Sequence record: OX638288
Length of the DNA stretch: 64,000 nucleotides
Origin: Escherichia phage UP19
Direction: 5' to 3' (one strand)
Shown in pieces: positions 1 to 8,768 of the stretch (the stretch's first letter is position 1; each line of letters starts with the position of its first letter). The notes under the pieces were generated by a model, which saw only the letters and a list, made by a program, of their open reading frames with translations, did not search any database and had not been told where the DNA came from. Made by a program: the position numbers and the translations under genes.

Positions 1-204
1 ATGACAAACTTTAAAGTCAACATTGATTTGTTTGATAAAGCTGTCCATAAAGAATTCCGGCTAATCCAGAGATTTTTTGATATCAATGCAGCTGAAGATT
101 TTAAAGAACGCTTTAAAGAAATCAGATATAAAATACTTAACGACATCGCTACTAAGGAAGAGCTCCTTGAAGTGGCAGATATTTTTAAACGTAACCTGAA
201 TTGA
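1..204 (+). CDS. hypothetical small protein upstream of rIIA (rIIA.1-like position); may be 5'-truncated by window edge
   Basis: ORF track 67 aa; position only. Confidence 0.3.
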   Translation: MTNFKVNIDLFDKAVHKEFRLIQRFFDINAAEDFKERFKEIRYKILNDIATKEELLEVADIFKRNLN

Positions 205-211
205 GAAAAAT

Positions 212-2422
212 ATGATTATTGAAACCGAAAAAGAACAAATCATTGGCAACGGCTCTAAGTCCACAGGATTTACTATCCAGGCCTCGCCTAAGGTCTTTAA
301 AATTCTTTCATCAGACCTTTATAGTAATAAGGTACGTGCTGTAGTTCGTGAACTAATTACCAACATGATTGATGCTCATATTCTGAATGGTAATAAAGAA
401 CGTTGGAAAGTACAGGTTCCTGGTAAGCTCGACCCTCGCTTTGTGTGCCGTGATTTCGGACCAGGCATGAGTGATTTCCAGATTCGTGGTGATGAAAACG
501 AAACCGGTTTGTATAACTCTTATTTCGCATCATCCAAAACCGCTTCTAACGATTTCATCGGTGGCTTTGGCCTCGGTTCAAAATCTCCGTTCAGTTATAC
601 TGAAACCTTCAACATTACCTCATGGCATAATGGTGAAGTTCGTGGTTATGTAGCTTATATGGATGGTGACGGGCCGCAGATTAAACCTACATTTGTTGAA
701 CCAATGCAGCCTGGTGATAAAACAGGTATCGAAATCACGGTTCCTGTAGATGAAGAAGATTTCCGTAAGTTTGAAACTGAAGTTCGTTATATCATGCGTC
801 CATTCATTGGCCTTGGCGATGTCGATGGGGTCGAAGTTGATTATTTCCCTGAATTTGATGACTACTATGCTGTAACCGATACCGGTTACAGAGATTTTGA
901 ACGTTCAGGACTTTATGCCGTTTATGGTGGTATTGTTTATCCATTGGATTCTGCTTATATTAAAGGCACATGGATGCGTACTCGTCATGATGTGGTTTAT
1001 ATTAAGTTCCCTATGGGTTCGTTGGATATTGCTCCGTCTCGTGAAGTGTTGTCTCTTGATAAACGCACAATGGAAAATATTGTAACTCGTATTGAAGCAC
1101 TGGATGCGGTGGTCTTTAAAAACGACACACAGGAATGGGTTGAATCTGATAATCCACGTCATGTTTATCGTGACCTTTCTAACTTAGGCTATAGTGCTCG
1201 CGACTATCTTTCTAAAAGTGGTGTTACTAAAGAGTTCACAAATGAAAAATTAACATACGAGAAATTGTACCAACGTTATACACTTCAAAACGACCTTATT
1301 AATTTGGGTGTTGTTTACGAAGTTTGTATGGACCCGCGTTTGAAACGAATTAAGCCGAGTGGTAATACTTCTTCGGTAGCAGGACTTAGCAGCCTATTAG
1401 GCATTAATAATAAAGAAATCCATATTGTTTACGATGATGAAAAGGGTCGTGTGCCATTAGTTCGAGGACTTTGGGCCTTAGCAATGGATAATTCTGTTAA
1501 TGCTAAGAAAATTGTTAAAGAGCACAATATTCCTAAATCCGGAACCGACCTTATTTTTGTTGACCCGAATTCGATGTTGCAAATGCAACAACTTGAAAAG
1601 GTTAAAGCCCTTTTTAAAGGTGATACAATTCATTTTTATAAAGTCTCTGAACTGAATAAAATTGTTAAGCCGTGGATTCCGGTTACTGTTCGTTCATCCG
1701 AACCTCGTCCTAAAACACCAAGTGCTTATCGTTGGTTCATTAAAGACGGGCGTTGGCAACAAGAGACCCTGTACTTAACTGCAGCAGAAGCAGAAGAAAT
1801 TACAGGGTACGTACTGTTTGGTAGTCGTTCTGATATCATGGGAATGGACGAAGCTTATGGTATCTTTGACATCAACACCACTACTATGTGTCGTATGGCT
1901 AATTTGATTGGTGCTACCGAATTCCATATCATTCGCCCTCAGATTGCCAAAAAGATTAAAAAGTTAGGCCAATGTGAATGCTTGATGGAAACCACATTAG
2001 AAGCTTATGCTGAAGCATTAGATGCTGTAGATATTGACGACTACCTTGGTAGCAATACTCGAGCTCGGTATTACCTTGAAATCATTGCTAAGTTCCCTCA
2101 GCTTAATTTCATGACCAAGTATTTCAGTGATAAGCCGGTAACTGAAGCATATACTCGTCTGAGTAATTTCTATGATATATTCCGTTACATGAATTTCCAC
2201 GGGTATATCACTGATGACAAGCTTTCAGTTATCAAGAAAATTTGTAACACGACGTTCTATACGTTAACCGAGAATGCTTCAAGTAACAATGATAAAATGA
2301 CTGTACAGTTTGAATCTGATTACCATTTAGTTTCGGACTACATGTATCGTCGTGGAACATCCATTACCGAGGCTTCTGTAGCTCAAATCGTTAAATTCAT
2401 GAAAGCCGTGGAAGCGGCTTAA
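212..2422 (+). CDS. rIIA: rIIA membrane-associated protein (GHKL ATPase-like N-terminus)
   Basis: 736 aa, T4 rIIA-like size; directly followed by rIIB; conserved T4 synteny. Confidence 0.85.
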   Translation: MIIETEKEQIIGNGSKSTGFTIQASPKVFKILSSDLYSNKVRAVVRELITNMIDAHILNGNKERWKVQVPGKLDPRFVCRDFGPGMSDFQIRGDENETGLYNSYFASSKTASNDFIGGFGLGSKSPFSYTETFNITSWHNGEVRGYVAYMDGDGPQIKPTFVEPMQPGDKTGIEITVPVDEEDFRKFETEVRYIMRPFIGLGDVDGVEVDYFPEFDDYYAVTDTGYRDFERSGLYAVYGGIVYPLDSAYIKGTWMRTRHDVVYIKFPMGSLDIAPSREVLSLDKRTMENIVTRIEALDAVVFKNDTQEWVESDNPRHVYRDLSNLGYSARDYLSKSGVTKEFTNEKLTYEKLYQRYTLQNDLINLGVVYEVCMDPRLKRIKPSGNTSSVAGLSSLLGINNKEIHIVYDDEKGRVPLVRGLWALAMDNSVNAKKIVKEHNIPKSGTDLIFVDPNSMLQMQQLEKVKALFKGDTIHFYKVSELNKIVKPWIPVTVRSSEPRPKTPSAYRWFIKDGRWQQETLYLTAAEAEEITGYVLFGSRSDIMGMDEAYGIFDINTTTMCRMANLIGATEFHIIRPQIAKKIKKLGQCECLMETTLEAYAEALDAVDIDDYLGSNTRARYYLEIIAKFPQLNFMTKYFSDKPVTEAYTRLSNFYDIFRYMNFHGYITDDKLSVIKKICNTTFYTLTENASSNNDKMTVQFESDYHLVSDYMYRRGTSITEASVAQIVKFMKAVEAA

Positions 2423-2436
2423 TCTAAGGAAATATT

Positions 2437-3405
2437 ATGTACAATATTAAGTGTCTGTCCAAATTTGACCAAAATCAGGTTGCTTCTCTTTATGCCTCAG
2501 GTAATTATACCCAAACCGAACTAGCTGATAATTTTGGTGTTTCGGTTGATAGCATTCGTAAAGTCCTGAAAAATGCTGAAGAAGCTAAACGTTCGCAAGT
2601 GGTTATTACCGGAAATATTAAAGTAACGGTTCCTAACGAGCCGCGTGTAGTTCCTGTTGAAGCTACTATTGGCGGTTCTCGTCCGGAAATTATTTGGAAC
2701 GCGAGTTCTAAATTCGTATCCATCACTGAAGGTCGCACAGTATGGAACACTACTAATAAGAACAAACATTTTGATGCCATCGTACAGGCTCTTAAAGAAT
2801 CCCGTTTCGATGACGCGATTAAACTGATTTCCATTAAAGAAGCTGTTAAGGCTTTTGTTAAAGGTAACGTTCGTATTGAAGGTGGACGTCTGGTTTATCA
2901 AGGTATCGAATTGCGTTCAGGGTTGATTGACCGTATTATCACCTCAATGGAAAATGGCGAAGATTTTGAATTCTACCTGCCGTTCCTTGAGAATCTGTTA
3001 GAAAACCCAAGCGAAAAAGCTGTACAGCGTCTGTTCGACTTCCTGGTCGCGAACGATATCAAAATCACTGAAGACGGCCACTTTATCGCATGGAAAGTTG
3101 TTAACTCTGATTATACTGACTGCCGTACCGGTACGTTTGATAACTCACCTGGTAAGCCAGTTAAAATGCCTCGTTCGCGTGTAAATGATGACGACGAAGT
3201 AACTTGTTCAAGTGGTCTGCACGTTTGCTCTCGTAGTTATATTGGTCATTTTGGTAACTCTAACTGTAAAATAGTTTCATGCAAAGTTAACCCGCGTGAT
3301 GTTGTTAGTATCCCGGTCGATTACGGTGATGCTAAAATGCGTGTATGTTATTATGAAGTTCTGGAAGACGTCACTGAACAGTTCGCAAACGAATACAAAT
3401 ACTAA
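2437..3405 (+). CDS. rIIB: rIIB protein
   Basis: 322 aa (T4 rIIB 312 aa); adjacent to rIIA. Confidence 0.85.
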   Translation: MYNIKCLSKFDQNQVASLYASGNYTQTELADNFGVSVDSIRKVLKNAEEAKRSQVVITGNIKVTVPNEPRVVPVEATIGGSRPEIIWNASSKFVSITEGRTVWNTTNKNKHFDAIVQALKESRFDDAIKLISIKEAVKAFVKGNVRIEGGRLVYQGIELRSGLIDRIITSMENGEDFEFYLPFLENLLENPSEKAVQRLFDFLVANDIKITEDGHFIAWKVVNSDYTDCRTGTFDNSPGKPVKMPRSRVNDDDEVTCSSGLHVCSRSYIGHFGNSNCKIVSCKVNPRDVVSIPVDYGDAKMRVCYYEVLEDVTEQFANEYKY

Positions 3406-3443
3406 ATCAATAAACGGAGGCTTCGGCCTCCTAATGAGGAATT

Positions 3444-3641
3444 ATGTTAGGTTACCAAGCACGTGTAATTGAAGAATACGACCAACTGGTCTTGAAAATT
3501 AACGCTCTTGAAGAGTTTATTAAAGGTGGTATTTTTGAAACTCTTGATATCCGTCAACAAGGGTTACTGATTGCCCAACTGGATGCGATGGGTGCATATG
3601 CTCATTGTTTAGAGGTTCGTATTTCTTATTTCGGTGAGTAA
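3444..3641 (+). CDS. hypothetical protein
   Basis: 65 aa ORF preceded by UUCG hairpin plus GAGGA ribosome-binding site. Confidence 0.45.
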   Translation: MLGYQARVIEEYDQLVLKINALEEFIKGGIFETLDIRQQGLLIAQLDAMGAYAHCLEVRISYFGE

Positions 3642-3960
3642 AATGATTAATTACATGAACGTCGGCGACGAAGATATCAAAGATAGTTATCTCCAAGGTA
3701 ATCATGTGGCCGATAAGGTTTATTGTGTAGATGTAATCAAATCTGATAAAGCTACAGGCCATCTTTTTGCAACAGATGTGATTTTCGATTCAGTTGAAAA
3801 CCTTAAAAAATTAGACCACAGTAAATTGAGTGAAAACTCTCGTATCTATTTTGGTAATGTTCACGTCGAAGAATTGTATATTGGTGGTGATTATGAATCC
3901 GTCAAATCCGGGTCTAGTTCGACTGTCGAAGATGCCGACATTTACCCTGAAGACATCTGA
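3634..3960 (+). CDS. hypothetical protein
   Basis: 108 aa ORF, start overlaps upstream stop (coupled). Confidence 0.45.
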   Translation: MSKMINYMNVGDEDIKDSYLQGNHVADKVYCVDVIKSDKATGHLFATDVIFDSVENLKKLDHSKLSENSRIYFGNVHVEELYIGGDYESVKSGSSSTVEDADIYPEDI

Positions 3961-3973
3961 TTTAACGGGTGAA

Positions 3974-4450
3974 ATGAAGGTCAAGATTAAGGATACCGTA
4001 TTGTATTCCTTAAGTCAAGACCCATCCCAAGATAAGAAAGAAGTATTGACTCGGTGTGTCATTGCAACATATGCCGAGTACATGGTTGCTGATTGGTTGA
4101 AAGGATATGTTAATAGTGGTCTGGAAGACCATGACGACCCTTACACCTACGCCTGGGATGTTTTAGCTCATCCTATGTACTGTGGACTACGTGTAGAGGT
4201 CAAGACCCATCAGTCAGATTCTAAGTGGATTTCCTGCACTACAGGATACTCCGGTGACTTCCCTTATGGAACAGGGATAAACCTGGGGCCGCTCTTGAAT
4301 CATAAAGTTGCAGATTGTATAATTATATTCGACACTTCAGTAAATGAGGCAGGCGACGTCCTGTTCACTCCTAAGTTCTCCGGCGACAGAGAATCCATCA
4401 AAAAACTAGTCCGTAAGAGCAATTACAACGGCTGGTATCTCGCATTATAA
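3974..4450 (+). CDS. hypothetical protein in the T4 denB position (identity not confirmed)
   Basis: ORF 3830..4450 trimmed to first non-overlapping ATG; start uncertain (alternatives 3893, 3932). Confidence 0.4.
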   Translation: MKVKIKDTVLYSLSQDPSQDKKEVLTRCVIATYAEYMVADWLKGYVNSGLEDHDDPYTYAWDVLAHPMYCGLRVEVKTHQSDSKWISCTTGYSGDFPYGTGINLGPLLNHKVADCIIIFDTSVNEAGDVLFTPKFSGDRESIKKLVRKSNYNGWYLAL

Positions 4451-4459
4451 TTAAAAAGT

Positions 4460-4489
4460 GTTTACATACGCCATGGATGGTGTTACTAT
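4460..4489 (+). promoter_or_regulatory. T4-type early promoter (GTTTAC -35, TACTAT -10)
   Basis: GTTTAC ... 18 bp ... TACTAT upstream of ORF at 4519. Confidence 0.5.
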
Positions 4490-4518
4490 CTTCCTATCAA
4501 CTACGAGAGGAAAACAAA

Positions 4519-4779
4519 ATGGATATCAAATTATATTACGCTAAACACAAAGTTACAGGTAAAGTTGTTGCCGCCATGTACGATGCCTCAGGTGAAGATG
4601 TTATTACGGAATTATCCCTTTCTAATTGTAGATTTCTTCGTCCATTGCTAGCATCAAAAAAAGATTTACAAAAACTTATCGACGGTAAATTAGATAATGT
4701 CGATGGTATAGATATCCATTATGAACTCCGCCATGCACTGAATGATGGGTTTATGGAAATAAAAGAGGTGGTGTTTTGA
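4519..4779 (+). CDS. hypothetical protein
   Basis: ATG with GAGAGG ribosome-binding site; in frame with ORF 4477..4779. Confidence 0.5.
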   Translation: MDIKLYYAKHKVTGKVVAAMYDASGEDVITELSLSNCRFLRPLLASKKDLQKLIDGKLDNVDGIDIHYELRHALNDGFMEIKEVVF

Positions 4780-4869
4780 GTAGCAAAATGTGGTGCCTTA
4801 TTTGGATGGCCTGTATCCCTATTATTTGTGTATGTTTTAGTTTATTGTTGTGGAAATTAGCATAAATCA

Positions 4870-4898
4870 GTTTACATCTCCATTGGACATGATACTAT
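4870..4898 (+). promoter_or_regulatory. early promoter inside stem-loop cassette (PeSL-like)
   Basis: GTTTACATCTCCATTGG...TACTATAGACC...AATGGAGATG; inverted repeat flanks the -10. Confidence 0.55.
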
Positions 4899-4924
4899 AG
4901 ACCTATCAACTAATGGAGATGATT

Positions 4925-5035
4925 ATGAAAAACTTACTTAAAGCAATTTGGAACATGTTTGTATTATTGGTCGTATTGAGCATTTTCCCAATCGTTTTTA
5001 TTATTGACCATGTACGTGTATTCTTTAATTTCTGA
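4925..5035 (+). CDS. small hydrophobic peptide (36 aa, predicted single transmembrane helix)
   Basis: MKNLLKAIWNMFVLLVVLSIFPIVFIIDHVRVFFNF; GGAG 7 nt upstream; below ORF-track length cutoff. Confidence 0.45.
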   Translation: MKNLLKAIWNMFVLLVVLSIFPIVFIIDHVRVFFNF

Positions 5036-5045
5036 GGAAAATATT

Positions 5046-5270
5046 ATGAAACTTTTTAAAGATATCGCAGTTGGTGAAAAATTTGTCTTAGGTAATGGAC
5101 AACAATTGATTCGCATTTCTCCTTTAATGGATAATAGTGAGCGTCCCATTCGTACTGAAAACTGTTTGGATTATCCTTTTTATCAAAAGCGTTTTGCTAT
5201 TGAAAATAATACCGAGTGTTTCACGGTTGATGAACTGATGGAATTATCAGAAGAAGTCGACTCTGAATAA
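5046..5270 (+). CDS. hypothetical protein
   Basis: ATG with GAGGAAA ribosome-binding site; in frame with ORF 5004..5270. Confidence 0.5.
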   Translation: MKLFKDIAVGEKFVLGNGQQLIRISPLMDNSERPIRTENCLDYPFYQKRFAIENNTECFTVDELMELSEEVDSE

Positions 5271-5284
5271 TTGAGGAAATTATC

Positions 5285-5629
5285 ATGTCTAAAGTATTTT
5301 TTGGTAATGCTAAGATTATGTTCTTTGAGCAACTCAGTCTTAAAGAGGCATTGGCAGCCTTCAATCAAGAACTGGTTACTGGGTTAGATTCAAAAACTAT
5401 GGCAAGCGCGGATTTCGTTTTCGTTCAAGACCCGGATACAGGGTTTTATCGATTCATCAAATTCCGTATGAGCATGGACCCTGACTATCGTAGTGCTTAC
5501 TATGTGAGTTACGAAAATGTTATCAAAGAATTACGTGATACCTATGGACGTGCTTTGAACCCACTGAATAAGGTATATAATGCGTCCTTTTATACGAGCG
5601 GATTTATTTTAGAACAGCTACAAAAATAG
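5285..5629 (+). CDS. hypothetical protein
   Basis: 114 aa ORF with GAGGAAA ribosome-binding site. Confidence 0.5.
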   Translation: MSKVFFGNAKIMFFEQLSLKEALAAFNQELVTGLDSKTMASADFVFVQDPDTGFYRFIKFRMSMDPDYRSAYYVSYENVIKELRDTYGRALNPLNKVYNASFYTSGFILEQLQK

Positions 5630-5657
5630 TTTACAACCTCGAGAATCATGTTATAAT
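5629..5657 (+). promoter_or_regulatory. early promoter in stem-loop cassette upstream of ndd
   Basis: GTTTACAACCTCGAGAATCATGTTATAATGGTTCTCG. Confidence 0.5.
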
Positions 5658-5706
5658 GGTTCTCGTTGACTGGATAACAAAACATTAATCTACTGAGGAA
5701 ATTGAT

Positions 5707-6156
5707 ATGAATACTTATATGACTCGCGGTAACGTTCTGTCTGCTGGTGCTACTACTGTTGCTTATGTTAAGAATGGCGAATACCAAAATGGTAAGCCTT
5801 CTAAAGAAATCTCAGCTCAGCCAGGCTTCTACTTCTTTGTTAAAGGTGAAGCAGATTCTCGTGTCGTAGCCGCTCGCTTTTATGTCGGTAACCAACGTTC
5901 AGCTCAAGGTCTTGATGGTATTGTGGCTAACATCCGTAAGAAACGTTCTCAATCAGCTCGCACTATGGCAGTGAATGGTGTGGTGTATGAAGTTCTTTAT
6001 GTGCCAGCTTCTAAAATGAAACCTCTGACTACAGGCTTTGGTAAAGGTCAAATTGCAATGGCTTTCACTCGCAATCATAGTTCAGACCTTCAGACACTGG
6101 AAGAAATGAACCGTATGTTGGCCGATAACTTCAAATTCGTTCTGCAGGCTTACTAA
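5707..6156 (+). CDS. ndd: Ndd nucleoid disruption protein
   Basis: 149 aa; C-terminus ...[11 protein letters not shown]...[20 protein letters not shown] matches recalled T4 Ndd. Confidence 0.9.
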   Translation: MNTYMTRGNVLSAGATTVAYVKNGEYQNGKPSKEISAQPGFYFFVKGEADSRVVAARFYVGNQRSAQGLDGIVANIRKKRSQSARTMAVNGVVYEVLYVPASKMKPLTTGFGKGQIAMAFTRNHSSDLQTLEEMNRMLADNFKFVLQAY

Positions 6157-6243
6157 TGAGTAATTTCCATAACGAACATGTGATGCAATGGCACCGTCAT
6201 AATCTGAAATTAACCGGTGTCTTCGGACGCCCTTGAGGAAAAT

Positions 6244-6393
6244 ATGAATATTTTACAAGGTTTTGCTGCGGGTATTTGGACTTATCTAGGTATTTGGACT
6301 ATTACGACGGGTGAAACTTCGGTCATTTCTCAGGCCATTCCACAATTCATATTGGCATTTGTTCTGATTCTACAGGCCTTTACCAAAAAATGA
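6244..6393 (+). CDS. small hydrophobic membrane peptide (49 aa), copy 1 of tandem unit
   Basis: MNILQGFAAGIWTYLGIWTITTGETSVISQAIPQFILAFVLILQAFTKK; hairpin plus GAGGAAA ribosome-binding site. Confidence 0.5.
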   Translation: MNILQGFAAGIWTYLGIWTITTGETSVISQAIPQFILAFVLILQAFTKK

Positions 6394-6538
6394 TTAAGAA
6401 ATCTTGGGTTACTCGGTAGCCCTTTCTTCTTTATTGGTAACACTGTATTACGGAGTAATTCCCATAACGAACATGTGATGCAGTTCTATCGTAACAATCT
6501 TAAAACTAAAGGCGTCTTCGGACGCTAATGAGGAAAAT

Positions 6539-6700
6539 ATGATTATCATAGTTTTTATTGAACTTATTACGGCTATAGTCTGTTCGGTTTGCTTCTTTTT
6601 AGGTGTGTGGACCCCTGGTCAGGTATTCTTAAGTTTTCTGTTTATTGGCTGGGTTCTTTCTACTTTTGTCGGTTTACTTAAGATGATTAAAAATGATTAA
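6539..6700 (+). CDS. small hydrophobic membrane peptide (53 aa), copy 2 of tandem unit
   Basis: MIIIVFIELITAIVCSVCFFLGVWTPGQVFLSFLFIGWVLSTFVGLLKMIKND; same hairpin plus ribosome-binding-site leader as copy 1. Confidence 0.5.
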   Translation: MIIIVFIELITAIVCSVCFFLGVWTPGQVFLSFLFIGWVLSTFVGLLKMIKND

Positions 6701-6833
6701 GAAAATCTTGGGCTACTCGGTAGCCCTTGCTGCTTTATTGGTAGCACTGTATTATGGAGTAATATTCGGTCTTATCCAAGTTGTGCTTTTTATTTCCGAT
6801 GTTATTATGGTTATTCATTCACTAGTATGGTAA
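6693..6833 (+). CDS. small hydrophobic membrane peptide (46 aa)
   Basis: [46 protein letters not shown]; overlaps preceding stop; the homologous position in unit 1 (6390..6419) is frameshifted. Confidence 0.4.
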   Translation: MIKKILGYSVALAALLVALYYGVIFGLIQVVLFISDVIMVIHSLVW

Positions 6834-6837
6834 AATT

Positions 6838-8217
6838 ATGGCTGATGTAATTGATACCCTTTTTAAACAATCCTTAGATGTTTACGATGATGCTTTTACT
6901 CGTCGTGACTTAAAAAGCATTATCGACAATGAAGCGCTGGCTTACGCAATGTATACTGTCGAAAACCGCGCCATTCCAAATATGATTGACGGCTTTAAAC
7001 CAGTGCAACGTTTTGTAGTTGCTCGTTGTCTTGATATGGCTCGTGGTAATAAAGAAAAATTCCACAAACTGGCTTCTATTGCAGGTGGTGTAGCCGACCT
7101 TGGATATCACCATGGTGAAGGTTCTGCTCAGGAAGCAGGGGCTTTGATGGCTAACACATGGAACAACAACTTCCCACTGTTGGATGGACAAGGCAACTTT
7201 GGTTCTCGTTTGGTTCAAAAGGCTGCGGCCTCTCGATATATCTTTGCTCGTATTGGAAGTAACTTTGCAAAAGTTTATAAGGATACGGAATATGCTCCGG
7301 TTCATGCAGATGTTGAACACAAGCCACCGGCTTTTTATCTGCCTATTATTCCTACTGTTCTTCTTAATGGCGTTTCCGGTATTGCAACCGGTTATGCAAC
7401 TAATATTCTTCCTCATAGTTTTGATTCTGTTAAGAAAGCTGTATTGCAAGTTCTTCAGGAAAAACGAGTAACCAAGCCGAAGGTGGCTTATCCGGAATTC
7501 CGTGGTGATGTTGTTGAGATTGAACCAGGAAGTTATGAGATTCGTGGAACGTATAAGTTCACATCTCGAACCCAAATGCATATCACGGAAATCCCATACA
7601 AATACGACCGTGAAACATATGTGGCCAAGATATTAGACCCTTTAGAAGACAAAGGGTATATCACATATGACGACGACTGTGACGAGAATGGTTTCGGCTT
7701 CAAGGTAAAAATTCGTAAAGAATATGAATTACCTACTGAAGAAAATAAGAAGCACGAAAAAATCATGAAGGACTTCGGATTAATCGAACGTCGTTCACAA
7801 AACTTAACAGTTATTAATGAGAAAGGTAAGCTCAAGGTTTACGAAGATGCTGTTGAACTGATTCGTGATTTTGTTGAGGTCCGTAAGACCTTTGTACAAA
7901 AACGTATTGATGGTAAAATCATCGAAACCGAACAGGCATTTAAACTGGCACTGGCTAAAGCCACATTTATCAAAGATGTTATTGATGGTGTAGTGGTTAT
8001 CCAAGGTAAGACCCGTAAGGTTTTAACCGAAGAATTAGCCGGTAATAAAGTCTACGGCGAATACGCTGATAAACTCGTAGCAATGAATATTTTCCATATC
8101 ACGTCCGATGAAGCTAAGAAACTGGCTTTGGAAGCCAAGGCTAAGAAAGAAGAGCATCAATACTGGAAAACCACTGATGTTGTAACTGAGTATGTTAAAG
8201 ATTTGGAGGCTCTATGA
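6838..8217 (+). CDS. 52: DNA topoisomerase II medium subunit gp52 (GyrA-like)
   Basis: 459 aa (T4 gp52 442 aa); N-terminal region resembles the GyrA/ParC cleavage-religation domain. Confidence 0.9.
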   Translation: MADVIDTLFKQSLDVYDDAFTRRDLKSIIDNEALAYAMYTVENRAIPNMIDGFKPVQRFVVARCLDMARGNKEKFHKLASIAGGVADLGYHHGEGSAQEAGALMANTWNNNFPLLDGQGNFGSRLVQKAAASRYIFARIGSNFAKVYKDTEYAPVHADVEHKPPAFYLPIIPTVLLNGVSGIATGYATNILPHSFDSVKKAVLQVLQEKRVTKPKVAYPEFRGDVVEIEPGSYEIRGTYKFTSRTQMHITEIPYKYDRETYVAKILDPLEDKGYITYDDDCDENGFGFKVKIRKEYELPTEENKKHEKIMKDFGLIERRSQNLTVINEKGKLKVYEDAVELIRDFVEVRKTFVQKRIDGKIIETEQAFKLALAKATFIKDVIDGVVVIQGKTRKVLTEELAGNKVYGEYADKLVAMNIFHITSDEAKKLALEAKAKKEEHQYWKTTDVVTEYVKDLEAL

Positions 8218-8318
8218 GCCTTGGAGTCGAGTTCTTGCTACTCTGTATCTTTGCTGTTATCCTAGGCCTGGCAACAGGCTTAGCTATAGGTTTAATAGCG
8301 GCCCACTTTAAAAAGTAA
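8214..8318 (+). CDS. small hydrophobic peptide (34 aa)
   Basis: MSLGVEFLLLCIFAVILGLATGLAIGLIAAHFKK; ATGA overlap with gp52 stop; followed by terminator. Confidence 0.4.
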   Translation: MSLGVEFLLLCIFAVILGLATGLAIGLIAAHFKK

Positions 8319-8340
8319 GGAACCTTCGGGTTCCTTTTTG
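8319..8340 (+). terminator. intrinsic terminator
   Basis: GGAACC-TTCG-GGTTCC hairpin followed by TTTTT. Confidence 0.7.
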
Positions 8341-8357
8341 GGTTTAGTGCAAAAAAG

Positions 8358-8387
8358 TGTTTACATCTGCTTTAAACATGATACTAT
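8358..8387 (+). promoter_or_regulatory. early/middle promoter cassette (GTTTAC -35, MotA-box-like TGCTTTA, TACTAT -10)
   Basis: GTTTACATCTGCTTTAAACATGATACTATAGACC; 48 bp identical to the cassette at 8703. Confidence 0.55.
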
Positions 8388-8435
8388 AGACCTATCAAAT
8401 AAATGAACTGAAACAAACAACCCGGAGATACAAAA

Positions 8436-8663
8436 ATGAAATTTAAAATCGAAAACGAAATCGTTAAAGCTAAAAATGCTCTGACTGCTAACAAACTGGT
8501 TGTAGATGGTATTGAATATGATATATGTGGAGTTCGTGAAGAAAAACCCGGTGTTCTGACTTTCTTCACAATGATTTTTAAATTTAAAGGTGACACAGAA
8601 TTCAAACAGTTTGATTTTGCCACTGAAGACGAAATCGAAGTTCGTAATCTGAACATTAAGTAA
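8436..8663 (+). CDS. hypothetical protein
   Basis: 75 aa ORF downstream of promoter cassette. Confidence 0.5.
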   Translation: MKFKIENEIVKAKNALTANKLVVDGIEYDICGVREEKPGVLTFFTMIFKFKGDTEFKQFDFATEDEIEVRNLNIK

Positions 8664-8702
8664 GTACTTTATTAGAGCTCTTGAAAAAGAGCTCAAAATA
8701 AA

Positions 8703-8732
8703 GTTTACTTCTGCTTTAAACATGATACTATA
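8703..8732 (+). promoter_or_regulatory. early/middle promoter cassette, duplicate of 8358 element, upstream of motA
   Basis: GTTTACTTCTGCTTTAAACATGATACTATAGACC. Confidence 0.55.
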
Positions 8733-8768
8733 GACCTATCAAATAAATGAACTGAAACGGAGATTAAA

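Noticed and set aside
905-1162. 85-aa ORF on - strand inside rIIA, and similar short antisense ORFs within rIIA, rIIB and gp52
   Set aside because: All lie within and antisense to, or out of frame with, well-supported genes; no ribosome-binding sites.
6157-6770. Possible CRISPR-like repeat array
   Set aside because: Only two ~300-bp units, each carrying coding sequence and ribosome-binding sites; no short regular repeat-spacer periodicity. Interpreted as a tandem gene duplication.
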